A DNA stretch of 32,000 nucleotides from Hyphomonas sp. (lineage in GTDB: Bacteria; Pseudomonadota; Alphaproteobacteria; Caulobacterales; Hyphomonadaceae). Within the stretch, counting starts at the first letter, position 1. Each line of letters starts with the position of its first letter. Location: assembly GCF_016125515.1 (NCBI RefSeq), contig NZ_WGLO01000015.1:4381-36380 (forward strand), read 5' to 3'. The notes under the pieces were generated by a model. The model was not told the origin of the DNA and did no database searches. It saw nothing but the letters and a program-made list of their open reading frames with translations. Shown piece by piece: positions 15,890 through 24,504 of the stretch. The translations under genes and the position numbers were made by a program.

Positions 15890-16336
15890 TCAGAAGGCGG
15901 CGGCGATCTGGGCAAGTTCGCGGCGGAGGGATTTACCGTTGGTGGTGAGGTGGGTGTCGACTTCGTCATGAGTGCGGCGCCAGACCGGAACAGCGGCTTT
16001 CAGGAGATCGCGGCCGGCATCGGTGAGGTGGAGACGGCGCGAGCGCCGGTCGTCCTTGTCCGGAACAATTGCGACCAGGCCGCGGCGTTCGAGCGGCTTG
16101 AGATTGGCGGTCAGCGTGGTGCGGTCCATCGCCAGGAAGTCGGCCGCCTCGCCAAGGCGCGGCGCGTTCGGCCGGTTGAGCGACATCAAAAGCGAATACT
16201 GACCATGGCTGATGCCGAACGGGGCGAGCGCCTGGTCGAACCGGCGGGCGAGGGCCCGGGCGGCGCGGTGCACGCCGAGGCAGAGGCAACGTCCATAGAC
16301 TTCGTGCGTGATGCTGAGCGGCAGATCTGTTCTCAT
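15890..16336 (-). CDS. MarR-family transcriptional regulator
   Basis: 148 aa from the ATG at 16336 (…GISHGQYSLLMSLNRPNAPRLGEAADFLAMDRTTLTANLKPLERRGLVAIVPDKDDRRSRRLHLTDAGR). The rest of the 395-aa track ORF is antisense to the GST gene. Confidence 0.85.
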   Translation of the reverse strand: MRTDLPLSITHEVYGRCLCLGVHRAARALARRFDQALAPFGISHGQYSLLMSLNRPNAPRLGEAADFLAMDRTTLTANLKPLERRGLVAIVPDKDDRRSRRLHLTDAGRDLLKAAVPVWRRTHDEVDTHLTTNGKSLRRELAQIAAAF

Positions 16337-16349
16337 GACCGATATATAA

Positions 16350-16373
16350 GTTGACATCAACGTATCTGTCAAC
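16350..16373. promoter_or_regulatory. Inverted repeat in the marR/GST divergent promoter (candidate MarR operator)
   Basis: GTTGAC (16350-16355) and GTCAAC (16368-16373) flank 12 bp. A nested TTGAcaTCAA element is also present. The repeat lies between marR (-) and the GST operon (+). Confidence 0.5.
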
Positions 16374-16414
16374 GAGAACAGGCAGGCTACCTGAAGACAG
16401 AAGGGGAGACCGGG

Positions 16415-17065
16415 ATGCCTGAAGTGACCGGCTACAAGTGGGTTCCGGAATTTGCGCAAGGGTTCGTGCGCGACCTGCGGGTGCGCTGGGCGCTCGAAGA
16501 AGCGGGCATTCCCTATGACGAGCATCTCATCTCGCTGGAGGAGAACGCGTCGCCCGCGCATCTGAAACGCCAACCCTTCGGGCAAGTGCCCGCCTATCGC
16601 GACGGGGCGGTCGACATGTTTGAATCCGGGGCGATCGTCTTGAAGATTGCCGAGCGCAGCGAAGCCCTGATGCCGGCAGATGACCCGGGCCGGGCGCGTG
16701 CCATGAGCTGGATCTTTGCCGCGATGAATTCGGTCGAGCCGCGCTTGATGAATGTGCGCAGTGCAGAGTTGTTCTGGGCCGGCGAGCCCTGGGCGGAGAG
16801 GTTCGGCGCGAAAGCCGCCGAACTCCTGCAGATGCGGCTCGCACGGCTCTCGGACTGGCTGGGTGACAAGCCGTTTCTGGAGGATCGCTTCACAGCCGGC
16901 GATCTCATGATGGCGTGTGTGCTGCGCGAGATTGAGGGGACAGACCACCTGGCGGCATTTCCCAACCTCGAGGCTTATTGTGCGCGGTGCCTGTCGCGGC
17001 CGGGATTCAAGGCGGCGCTGGCGGCGCAGCTGAAGGCGTTTGCGGCCTATGAAGCAGCAACTTGA
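16415..17065 (+). CDS. Glutathione S-transferase family protein
   Basis: 216 aa. The thioredoxin-like N-domain carries QPFGQVPAYRDGAVDMFESGAIVLKI, and a helical C-domain follows. Confidence 0.8.
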   Translation: MPEVTGYKWVPEFAQGFVRDLRVRWALEEAGIPYDEHLISLEENASPAHLKRQPFGQVPAYRDGAVDMFESGAIVLKIAERSEALMPADDPGRARAMSWIFAAMNSVEPRLMNVRSAELFWAGEPWAERFGAKAAELLQMRLARLSDWLGDKPFLEDRFTAGDLMMACVLREIEGTDHLAAFPNLEAYCARCLSRPGFKAALAAQLKAFAAYEAAT

Positions 17066-17075
17066 GGAGGATGTC

Positions 17076-17546
17076 ATGACGGGTCTCGAAAGGAAGGTGC
17101 GCCCCTGTCTCTGGTTCGAGACGGGCGGGGTGAAGGCGGCGGAGTTCTATGTGTCGCTGCTGCCGGACAGCCGGATCGATGCGGTGTTCGAGCATGGCAA
17201 TGCGACCGATCCGATGGTCGTGGAATACACGCTGGGCGGGGCGCCGATGATGCACCTGACGGCGGGGCCGATGTACAAGCAGACACCGGCGGCCTCGATC
17301 AGTGTGCTGACGAAGGATCAGGCGGAGACGGACCGGTTGTGGCAGGCGCTGCTGGAGGGCGGGGGCAAGGAGAGCCGGTGCGGCTGGCTGGCCGACCGGT
17401 TCGGTGTGTCCTGGCAGATCGTGCCGGAGAAGATGGTGCGTCTGTTCCACGATACGGACCAGGTGGCGGCCGCGCGGGCGCGCGCCGCGATGCTGGAGAT
17501 GCGCAAGATCGACATTGCGGCCATCGAAGCCGCGTTTGCAGGGTGA
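17076..17546 (+). CDS. VOC-superfamily protein, 3-demethylubiquinone-9 3-methyltransferase-domain/PhnB-like
   Basis: The ATG at 17076 follows GAGGAGG. The text RPCLWFETGGVKAAEFYVSLLPDSRI...CGWLADRFGVSWQIVP is typical of this family. Confidence 0.7.
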   Translation: MTGLERKVRPCLWFETGGVKAAEFYVSLLPDSRIDAVFEHGNATDPMVVEYTLGGAPMMHLTAGPMYKQTPAASISVLTKDQAETDRLWQALLEGGGKESRCGWLADRFGVSWQIVPEKMVRLFHDTDQVAAARARAAMLEMRKIDIAAIEAAFAG

Positions 17547-18058
17547 TGGAGGACAAGATGACAAACCCGAAGAGGAAGCCAGTGGCAGAGATTGCCGCTG
17601 AAATGGGCGTGAGCCTGCTGTCGCCGCACCTGACGTGCCGGGATTGCAACAAGGCGATCGATTTCTACAAGGCCGCTTTCGGGGCCGAGGAGATGATGCG
17701 CCTGCCAGGACCGGACGGGCGGCTGCTGCACGCTTCGGTGCGCATCAATGGCGAATTGGTGATGCTGAATGATGAGTATCCCGAAATGGGCGGAGCCTCG
17801 CCGCTGGCGCTGGGCGGCACGCCGGTGACGCTGCACCTGATGGTGGATGATGTGGACGCTGCGGCGGCGAAGGCCGTGGCGGCGGGCGCCGAGGTGGTGA
17901 TGCCGGTGGCGGACCAGTTCTGGGGCGACCGGTACGGCGTGGTGAAGGACCCGTTCGGGCACCAATGGTCGATCGCGTCGCCGGTCTGGCCGCCGAAATC
18001 GCCTGAAGAGATGGACGCGGCGCGCGACGCCGCGATGAAGCAGATGGCTGGAGGCTGA
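17546..18058 (+). CDS. VOC/glyoxalase-fold protein (PhnB-like)
   Basis: The text LSPHLTCRDCNKAIDFYKAAFGAEEMMRL...DQFWGDRYGVVKDPFGHQWSIA indicates the fold. The start is either the ATG at 17546 (a TGATG overlap) or the ATG at 17558, 4 nt after GGAGGA. Confidence 0.7.
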   Translation: MEDKMTNPKRKPVAEIAAEMGVSLLSPHLTCRDCNKAIDFYKAAFGAEEMMRLPGPDGRLLHASVRINGELVMLNDEYPEMGGASPLALGGTPVTLHLMVDDVDAAAAKAVAAGAEVVMPVADQFWGDRYGVVKDPFGHQWSIASPVWPPKSPEEMDAARDAAMKQMAGG

Positions 18059-18062
18059 CCTG

Positions 18063-18785
18063 ATGGCCTATATCGACGGGTTTGTGCTGGCGGTGCCGAG
18101 CGCCAAGAAGGACGCCTATCAAAAGATGGCGTCGGACGCCTCGGCGGTGTTCCGCCGGCTTGGCGCCATCGGCTTGGTCGAGAACTGGGGCCTCGATGTG
18201 CCGCAGGGCAAGGTGAACTGTTTCAACTCGGCCGTGATGCGCAGGCCGGATGAGACTGTGATGTTCTCCTGGATCGTCTGGCCGGACCGCGCGGCGCGCG
18301 ATGCCGGCAACAAGGCGATGATGGAGGACCCGGCGTTCGAGGGCATGTCTCCTGAGACGATGCCGTTCGACGGCCAGCGGATGATTTTTGGCGGGTTCGA
18401 ACAGCTGTTCGGCGACGCGCTGGCGGCGCCGGGCATCGTCGACGGGACGCTGATGCCGGTGCCGGCAGGCAGCCGCGCCGCCTATCTGGCGGCGGCGGAG
18501 AAGCTCGCGGCGGTGTTTGTCGAGCATGGCGCGACGTCGGTGGTGGATGCCTGGGGCGACGACTTGCCGGAGGGCAAGGTGAACTCCTTCCATACGGCCG
18601 TTCTGAAGAAGCCGGATGAGAACGTGATTTTCTCCTGGATCAACTGGAAGGACGCGGCGACGCGTCAGGCGGGCTGGGACAAGGCGATGGCCGATCCGCG
18701 GATGGCCGAGTTCAGCCCGGTCACGACTGGCGCGGACCTCGGGCGGATGATCTACGGGACGTTCGAGCCCATCGTGACGGGCTGA
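18063..18785 (+). CDS. Tandem-duplicated DUF1428 protein
   Basis: 240 aa made of two repeats of about 118 aa. Repeat 1 reads YIDGFVLAVPSAKKDAYQKMA...GKVNCFNSAVMRRPDETVMFSWIVWPD...RMIFGGFE. Repeat 2 reads IVDGTLMPVPAGSRAAYLAAA...GKVNSFHTAVLKKPDENVIFSWINWKD...RMIYGTFE. Confidence 0.75.
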   Translation: MAYIDGFVLAVPSAKKDAYQKMASDASAVFRRLGAIGLVENWGLDVPQGKVNCFNSAVMRRPDETVMFSWIVWPDRAARDAGNKAMMEDPAFEGMSPETMPFDGQRMIFGGFEQLFGDALAAPGIVDGTLMPVPAGSRAAYLAAAEKLAAVFVEHGATSVVDAWGDDLPEGKVNSFHTAVLKKPDENVIFSWINWKDAATRQAGWDKAMADPRMAEFSPVTTGADLGRMIYGTFEPIVTG

Positions 18786-18842
18786 CCGGTCCGGAATTAT
18801 TTGCTTGCGAATGAGTTGCAATAAGGGTCGCCGCCCGTTACA

Positions 18843-18861
18843 GCGAATGAGAAACATTCTC
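18843..18861 (+). promoter_or_regulatory. Fur-box-like operator upstream of the TonB-dependent receptor
   Basis: GCGAATGAGAAACATTCTC matches 14 of 19 positions of GATAATGATAATCATTATC by hand alignment. A weaker copy sharing GCGAATGAG lies at 18807-18825 (10/19). Confidence 0.5.
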
Positions 18862-18881
18862 AGTAACTGGTGGTCCTTTAC

Positions 18882-21011
18882 ATGTCCGTTCCGTCTTCAG
18901 ACTTCATTCGCCCGCGCCTCGTTGCGCGCCTTCTGGGCTGTGCGGCGACCCTGGGCATTGGGATCGCTCCAGCGCTGCCGGCGTTTGCCGACGATGCCCC
19001 TGACGAGGTCAAGCGCCAGGAGACCGTCTATGTCTATGGCACCCGTTCGGGCTATACGGAGGATACCTCTCGCGGGGCCACCAAGACCACCACGCCCATC
19101 GTCGAGATTCCGCAGGCCATGACCGTCATTACCGGCGACCTGATGCGCGATCAGGCGATCTCGGGCATGGCAGAGGCGCTTCGCTTCGTGCCAGGTGTGA
19201 CGGTCGCGCAGGGCGAGGGGCACCGGGATGCGCCCGTGCTGCGCGGAAACACGACAACGGCCGATTTCTTCGTCGACGGCGTGCGCGACGATCTCCAATA
19301 CTACCGCGATACCTACAACACCGACCGGATCGAAGTGCTCAAGGGGGCTTCGGGGCTCGTGTTCGGGCGCGGAACGGGCGGCGGCGTGATCAACCGCGTG
19401 ACCAAGCAGGCCGATGGCGAACGGGTGCGCGCGCTGACGCTGGGCGTCGGCTCGTTCGGCTTTGGCCGGGCCAATGCGGATCTGGGCGACGCCATCGCCG
19501 AGGGTGTAGATGGGCGGCTGAACCTTGTTTATGAGCAGGCAGGCAGCTACCGCGACGGTGTGGAGTCTGAGCGCTACGGATTTGCGCCTTCGGTTTCGGT
19601 TGATTGGAGTGAGCGAACAACGCTTCGTCTGTCAGCGGAGCATTTCGTCGATGAGCGCGTGACCGATCGCGGCGTACCGTCGATCAATGGCCGGCCTTTC
19701 AGCGTTTCCGAAAAGGCCTTCTTCGGTAATCCGGACCTCAGTCCCAGCGATGTGACCGTGAGCTCGGTTTCGGCGGTTCTGGAACATGAGTTTTCCGACG
19801 CGCTGACCTTGCGCTCAACCTTGCTCTTCGCGGACTATGAGAAATCTTATCAGAACATCTTCGCGAGCGGCGCAGTGAATGCCCAGGCCGGCACGGTGCA
19901 GCTTGCGGCCTATAACTCGCAGACGGAGCGCCAGAACCTGATCAGTCAGACAGATCTCATCTGGGAGGGGCTGCTGGGAGGGATGGAGCACACGCTTCTG
20001 CTGGGCGTCGAAGCGGGTCGGCAGGAGAGTGACAACCAGCGTGTGGAAGGCCAGTTCCCGGCAGCGGGCGGACTTGAGCGTCTCACGGTCTCGATTGCCG
20101 ACCGGGGGCAGGATGCGGTCGCGGTGTTCGGCCGGCTCTCGCGCGACAACACAAACGACCTCGATCTGTTTGCCGTCTATGTGCAGGACCAGATCAAGCT
20201 CACCGATGACTTGCAGATCGTTGCGGGCGCGCGGTTTGATCGCTTCGACTTTGCGTTTGGAAACCGGCTGGGCGCTGATGCCGCGCGGACCGACGAGTTC
20301 GTGTCGCCGCGCTTCGGCGTTGTCTATCAGCCTGTAGAGGACCTGTCGGTCTATGCCAGCTGGGCCCGGTCGTACCTCCCACAATCGGGCGAGCAGTTTT
20401 CGTCACTGACACCCTCGCAGGCGGATTTCGAGCCGGAAGAATTCGAGAACTCCGAAATCGGCTTGAAGTGGCAGCCTTCGGACGAACTGCTGATCACGGC
20501 CGCGCTGTTCCGGCTTGACCGGACGAACACCCTGTCGCCGGGCGCTGTATCGGGCACGACCGTTCAGACCGGCGCGCAGCGCAGCGAAGGCCTGGAGCTC
20601 GCATTGCAGGGTCAGATCATCGAGGGCTGGGATGTTGCAGCGGCCTATGCCTGGCAAACGGCAGAAATCACCGAGACGACAACTTCAGCCCCGGCTGGCC
20701 GTGAAGTGCCTCTGGTCGCCGAGCAGAGTGCGAGCCTCTGGAACAAGGTCCGTGCGACCGCGCGGCTAGACTTCGGGCTCGGTCTGGTCTGGCAGGACGA
20801 CCGGTTCGCGTCGATCTCGAATGCCGTGGCTTTGCCGGGATATACGAGGGTTGATGCAGCGGCCTATTATCAGCTGTCGGATGACCTGACCCTTCAGCTG
20901 AACCTCGAAAACCTCACGGGCGAGACCTATGCGGCCAGTTCGCACAATGACAACAACATCATGATCGGCGCGCCCCTGACGGCCAAGCTCTCGCTGAGCG
21001 CGCGGTTCTAG
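18882..21011 (+). CDS. TonB-dependent outer-membrane receptor (siderophore-type)
   Basis: It has a signal peptide and a TonB-box-like ETVYVYG. The plug reads IPQAMTVITGDLMRDQAISGMAEALRFVPGV. A beta-barrel follows, ending in the C-terminal ...LSLSARF. I preferred the ATG at 18882 over the GTG at 18870. Confidence 0.85.
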   Translation: MSVPSSDFIRPRLVARLLGCAATLGIGIAPALPAFADDAPDEVKRQETVYVYGTRSGYTEDTSRGATKTTTPIVEIPQAMTVITGDLMRDQAISGMAEALRFVPGVTVAQGEGHRDAPVLRGNTTTADFFVDGVRDDLQYYRDTYNTDRIEVLKGASGLVFGRGTGGGVINRVTKQADGERVRALTLGVGSFGFGRANADLGDAIAEGVDGRLNLVYEQAGSYRDGVESERYGFAPSVSVDWSERTTLRLSAEHFVDERVTDRGVPSINGRPFSVSEKAFFGNPDLSPSDVTVSSVSAVLEHEFSDALTLRSTLLFADYEKSYQNIFASGAVNAQAGTVQLAAYNSQTERQNLISQTDLIWEGLLGGMEHTLLLGVEAGRQESDNQRVEGQFPAAGGLERLTVSIADRGQDAVAVFGRLSRDNTNDLDLFAVYVQDQIKLTDDLQIVAGARFDRFDFAFGNRLGADAARTDEFVSPRFGVVYQPVEDLSVYASWARSYLPQSGEQFSSLTPSQADFEPEEFENSEIGLKWQPSDELLITAALFRLDRTNTLSPGAVSGTTVQTGAQRSEGLELALQGQIIEGWDVAAAYAWQTAEITETTTSAPAGREVPLVAEQSASLWNKVRATARLDFGLGLVWQDDRFASISNAVALPGYTRVDAAAYYQLSDDLTLQLNLENLTGETYAASSHNDNNIMIGAPLTAKLSLSARF

Positions 21012-21029
21012 TCCTGGTGGGCGAGCACC

Positions 21030-22922
21030 TCAGGCGGGCTTGCGGCGGCGCGTTGCGGCAAGGGCGGCGCCGTATTCCGGCACGAGATTGCCGAGAAGGC
21101 GCAGGGCTTCCAAAGTTTCGTGGCGGCGGGCAGCGTCCATCAGTACGCTGATCTGCTTTTCAAGGAGTTCGTTCTGCGGCGGTTCGCAAACGACCCGGTT
21201 GACGCCGTCAACACGGGTCGTCTCGAGCTCTTCATAGGCGTAGGTCAGCGCTTCGTGGCGCTTCTCGCCCTTGCGCATGCCGGTGGTGACGATCTCGATA
21301 TCGACGCCGGGCACCTTGCCCTTGAGGCGGATCATTGTCTCGGCCAGCTGGCGGATGGCGATCGGCTCGCCCATGTCGAGCACGAAAAGCTCGGCATGGT
21401 GCGCTTCGCGCTGCAGGGCGGCGGCCTGGAGGACGAGCGAGGTCGCCTCCTCGATGGTCATGAAGTAGCGGGTGGCTTCAGGATCGGTGATCGTCACCGG
21501 CCCGCCGGCCGCGATCTGGCGCTCGAACAGCGGCACGACGGAGCCGGATGAGCCGAGCACATTGCCGAACCGGACCATGGCGCTGGCCATGCCGGCTTCG
21601 GTGGTGATGCGGCTGATGGCGAGTTCGGCCAGGCGTTTGGTGGCGCCCATGACATTGTCTGGCGCGACGGCCTTGTCAGTCGAGATGAACACGAACTGGC
21701 GCGCGCCCGAGGCGGCGGCGGCCCGGGCGACGTTCACCGCGCCGCCGACATTGGTAAGGATCGCTTCGCAGATGTTCTCTTCCATCAGCGGCACATGTTT
21801 CAGCGCGGCAGCGTGGATGACGATCTCGGGCCTTGATTGCGCGAAGGCTGCATTCATGCGGACAGGGTCGCGGATGTCGCCCAGATGCGAAGTAAACGGC
21901 AGGCTAGGATGGTGTACGCGCAGCAAATGGTCGATCTGGTAGAGATTGAATTCGGACGAGTCGATGATCGTGAGGGCTGCGGGAACGTTCTGCGCGACCT
22001 GCAAGGCCAGCTCTGACCCGATGGAGCCGCCGCCGCCGGTGACCACGATCCGGGCACCGCTGATCAGGTCGCGCACCGGCCGGCGGTCAAGTGCGCGTTC
22101 CGGGCGGGCGAGCAGGTCGGCCGCGCGGATCGGTTCGAGCGTCTGCGCCGTCTCGTCATGGCCAAGCGCCATGATGTCCGCCCGGTGGGTGGAGGCGATT
22201 TCGAGGATACGGGCCATCTGGCCGCGTTCGCGGGCGGGTCCGGTGACGGCGACCCAGGGCGCGCTGCCATAGCGCAGCGAAAGCACGTCGATGACCTCGC
22301 CCAGCGTGTCGAGGTTGCCCATGATCGGCACGCCGCGCACGGCCCGGCCGGGCTGGTCAGAGCTGACCTCGATCAGGCCGAGCACGCGGACGGTCGAGCC
22401 GGCCGCGGAGGCTTCCAGCCGGCGCAGGACGTTGACCCAGCTGTCGGCGTCGCCGACGAGCAAGACCGGCTGGCTCTGGTGCGGCAGGCGCTGGAAGATC
22501 TGCAGCGGCGCATTGGTCGTGCGATAGCGCGCGAACATACGGCCGGCGAAAAGCGCGGCCGTCCATAGGGTGATCGTGACGAGCAGCGTCGGCAAAGGGT
22601 TATGCAGCCGGCCATTCAGGGCCACCATCACCGGCAGATAAAGAAGGACCGACAGGGCGATCCCCTGGATCAGCTTGAACGCGTCGGGCGCGCCGATATG
22701 GCGCCAGACCTGGCGGTGGACGCTGCCGGTGACCAGACCGCACGCCGCCGCCAGCATGAAGGCGGCGGTGGCCAGCAGCCAGGCCTGGACCGGGAAATGT
22801 GAAACATCGCGGTCGGACACCAGCATGGCCAGGTGTGCCAAAGTCATGCCAAGGCCGGCCATCGCCAGGTCGAAGGAAAGCGTGAGTGCCATTGCGCGCC
22901 GGGCGGCGTCTCTGGGGGTCAC
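21030..22922 (-). CDS. Membrane-anchored polysaccharide biosynthesis NDP-sugar 4,6-dehydratase/epimerase (CapD/WbpM/PglF-like)
   Basis: Four N-terminal TM helices are followed by two Rossmann-type regions (VTGGGGSIGSEL, FVFISTDKAVAPDNVMGATKRLAE). I chose the GTG at 22922, which is preceded by GAAGGAG. The ATG at 22892 is an alternative. Confidence 0.8.
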   Translation of the reverse strand: MTPRDAARRAMALTLSFDLAMAGLGMTLAHLAMLVSDRDVSHFPVQAWLLATAAFMLAAACGLVTGSVHRQVWRHIGAPDAFKLIQGIALSVLLYLPVMVALNGRLHNPLPTLLVTITLWTAALFAGRMFARYRTTNAPLQIFQRLPHQSQPVLLVGDADSWVNVLRRLEASAAGSTVRVLGLIEVSSDQPGRAVRGVPIMGNLDTLGEVIDVLSLRYGSAPWVAVTGPARERGQMARILEIASTHRADIMALGHDETAQTLEPIRAADLLARPERALDRRPVRDLISGARIVVTGGGGSIGSELALQVAQNVPAALTIIDSSEFNLYQIDHLLRVHHPSLPFTSHLGDIRDPVRMNAAFAQSRPEIVIHAAALKHVPLMEENICEAILTNVGGAVNVARAAAASGARQFVFISTDKAVAPDNVMGATKRLAELAISRITTEAGMASAMVRFGNVLGSSGSVVPLFERQIAAGGPVTITDPEATRYFMTIEEATSLVLQAAALQREAHHAELFVLDMGEPIAIRQLAETMIRLKGKVPGVDIEIVTTGMRKGEKRHEALTYAYEELETTRVDGVNRVVCEPPQNELLEKQISVLMDAARRHETLEALRLLGNLVPEYGAALAATRRRKPA

Positions 22923-23362
22923 TGACTCAACTCCTTCACAGGGAGCCGCCGAAGCGGCTTGGCTGATTTGTGCCACCGAAGCCGGCCCGCGAAAAGCCGG
23001 AATTCGTTGCAGAGGTGTAATCCATTGCGCGAAATCCCTGACCGGGGGATTCGGCCCTCGCGCCACAGCCGTGGCGGCGCGCCTGCGCAGGTGCGCAGAC
23101 TGCCGTAGCCTCAGGCGCCACGGACCGCGCGAGGGCACGAGATGTGTTCAAATGCTCCAGCACGTTCCGGATGTTCCGACCTTGCACGCTCACCGGTTTT
23201 CCTCTTTCCAGTTGCGCGCCCTGATTGCAAGAGGCCGTACGTCAGTGCGTTCCTTGCCATGTTAATGTTGCACTTTTCAGGTCGCCCATCCGTCCATTTG
23301 CCCGCCCCACGGGCGTCCGGACGTTTTCTTGCGAGTAAGGGAGCGGTTCACGATCGATGCAA

Positions 23363-24409
23363 TCAGTCTGTTCCCAGGATTGCTTGAACGATTTTCCGCG
23401 CTTCATCTCCAAGCCGCGCAGCGCCTGTTTCAAGCCGGTGTCGCCAGGCTGGGCCCCGTGAGACGGCCTCTTCGAGAACAGCGATCAGGTCGTCCGATCT
23501 GCGTTTGGCGGCGAGCGCTTCGACAAGAAGGCCAGCCTGAACAATATCTTTGTCGGACTTAACAGCACTCTCGCCAGCTTCGTGCCGCATAGTCGATACA
23601 ATCAACTTATGAACTGCATACCGCTCCGGAGATGGAACATTCACGAGTGTTCCGAAGCGCGTGAGGATCGCCGCTTCGGTCGTATCTCTCAGCAAGAAGT
23701 CCAGAAAGCGGAGGGGAACAGCATCGGATCGCAGGCTCGGCAGGTTGACCGGAGCGTCCCGGTCGGCGCCGCGATTCGTGGTGAGGACGTCGACCCGGTA
23801 TCCACCAGGGCGAATATAGGTTGCGGCGATGTTGGGGCCTGCCAGGGAAGGAACTGGCGCAAATTCCCTATCGACTGCCTTCAGGACATCGATCAGGGAG
23901 ACGTCGAGTGAGTCATTGAGCGCGACAGATACACCATAGTCTTGTGCGAGATCGACATCCCCGGTTCGTATGGCGGCATTGGGCAGCCTTATGCCAAGAA
24001 GGCCGGCATACGCTTGGAAAGCGATGGTGCCGACAATCACACCTCTCAGGCGGAACACACCAGCCTCCGCGAAAGCGTCTATCACGGCGCCTGTCAGTGC
24101 GTCCGGTTCGGGCAGGCCGGCACCTGAAAGTGAACGCCGGATCGCTTTGCGCGTATCGGCATGCGCCTTCGCATTCATCGCGCGTTCGATGGCCGCCTGG
24201 CGCTCCGGCGTGTCAGCGCCCAGGTACCGTTCGGGCGGGCGGCCCTGCGGGGTCGTCGGTTCCTGCACGTACCAATAGTCTTTTCCTGAGATGCTTCTTT
24301 TTCGGAAGGTCGAGCCCTCTGGAAAATCAGACGCTGTCGCAAGCCGCAGCTGGTCTATCAGCTCAGCGTAGCTGGTCTGGATGACGAGGGGGAGTTCCTG
24401 GATGGTCAT
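23363..24409 (-). CDS. GSU2403-type nucleotidyltransferase-fold protein (uncharacterised; TA/defence-like)
   Basis: 348 aa. The N-terminal region carries FRKRSISGKDYWYVQEP. The NTase core is GVIVGTIAFQAYAG...IRTGDVDLA. The helical C-terminus reads PERYAVHKLIVS...KSDKDIVQAGLL. A hand count of 23581-23700 gives 63/120 G+C, against 46/60 in 22081-22140. Confidence 0.65.
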   Translation of the reverse strand: MTIQELPLVIQTSYAELIDQLRLATASDFPEGSTFRKRSISGKDYWYVQEPTTPQGRPPERYLGADTPERQAAIERAMNAKAHADTRKAIRRSLSGAGLPEPDALTGAVIDAFAEAGVFRLRGVIVGTIAFQAYAGLLGIRLPNAAIRTGDVDLAQDYGVSVALNDSLDVSLIDVLKAVDREFAPVPSLAGPNIAATYIRPGGYRVDVLTTNRGADRDAPVNLPSLRSDAVPLRFLDFLLRDTTEAAILTRFGTLVNVPSPERYAVHKLIVSTMRHEAGESAVKSDKDIVQAGLLVEALAAKRRSDDLIAVLEEAVSRGPAWRHRLETGAARLGDEARKIVQAILGTD

Positions 24410-24439
24410 TTACCGGCAAAATACAAAAATGCCGGTAAA
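24409..24439. promoter_or_regulatory. Perfect 10-bp inverted repeat overlapping the start codon of the NTase-fold gene
   Basis: TTTACCGGCA (24409-24418) and TGCCGGTAAA (24430-24439) are separated by the 11-nt spacer AAATACAAAAA. No SD is visible between the repeat and the ATG. Confidence 0.5.
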
Positions 24440-24504
24440 AGTCAATAGTCGTAATGATTTCAATCCACTTACCACACGAAAATCCTCTCGTATCGTAAGG
24501 GTGA

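Noticed and set aside
16337-17077. 5' extension of the 395-aa - ORF beyond the MarR domain
   Set aside because: It runs antisense to the GST gene. The MarR domain begins at the internal ATG at 16336, and the upstream part has no recognisable fold and shadow-frame composition.
17745-18857. 370-aa - ORF. The same applies to 25961..26935 (+), 26938..28095 (+), 29095..30249 (-), 6845..7672 (-) and 5105..5689 (-)
   Set aside because: All are antisense to genes with clear family signatures: VOC/DUF1428, kdsD, the DD-carboxypeptidase, the TTC38-like gene, the kinase and proC. All have Arg/His/Gly/Pro-rich shadow composition.
22923-23362. Searched for a partner ORF for the NTase-fold gene, or a copy of the tRNA 3' end (att site), in the 440-bp gap. 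Track ORFs here are 23142..23387 (+) and 22936..23193 (-)
   Set aside because: Neither ORF has an SD, a recognisable fold or sensible composition. No stretch resembles GGTTCAAGTCCTGCCGGGCCCACCA, so no att repeat can be claimed.
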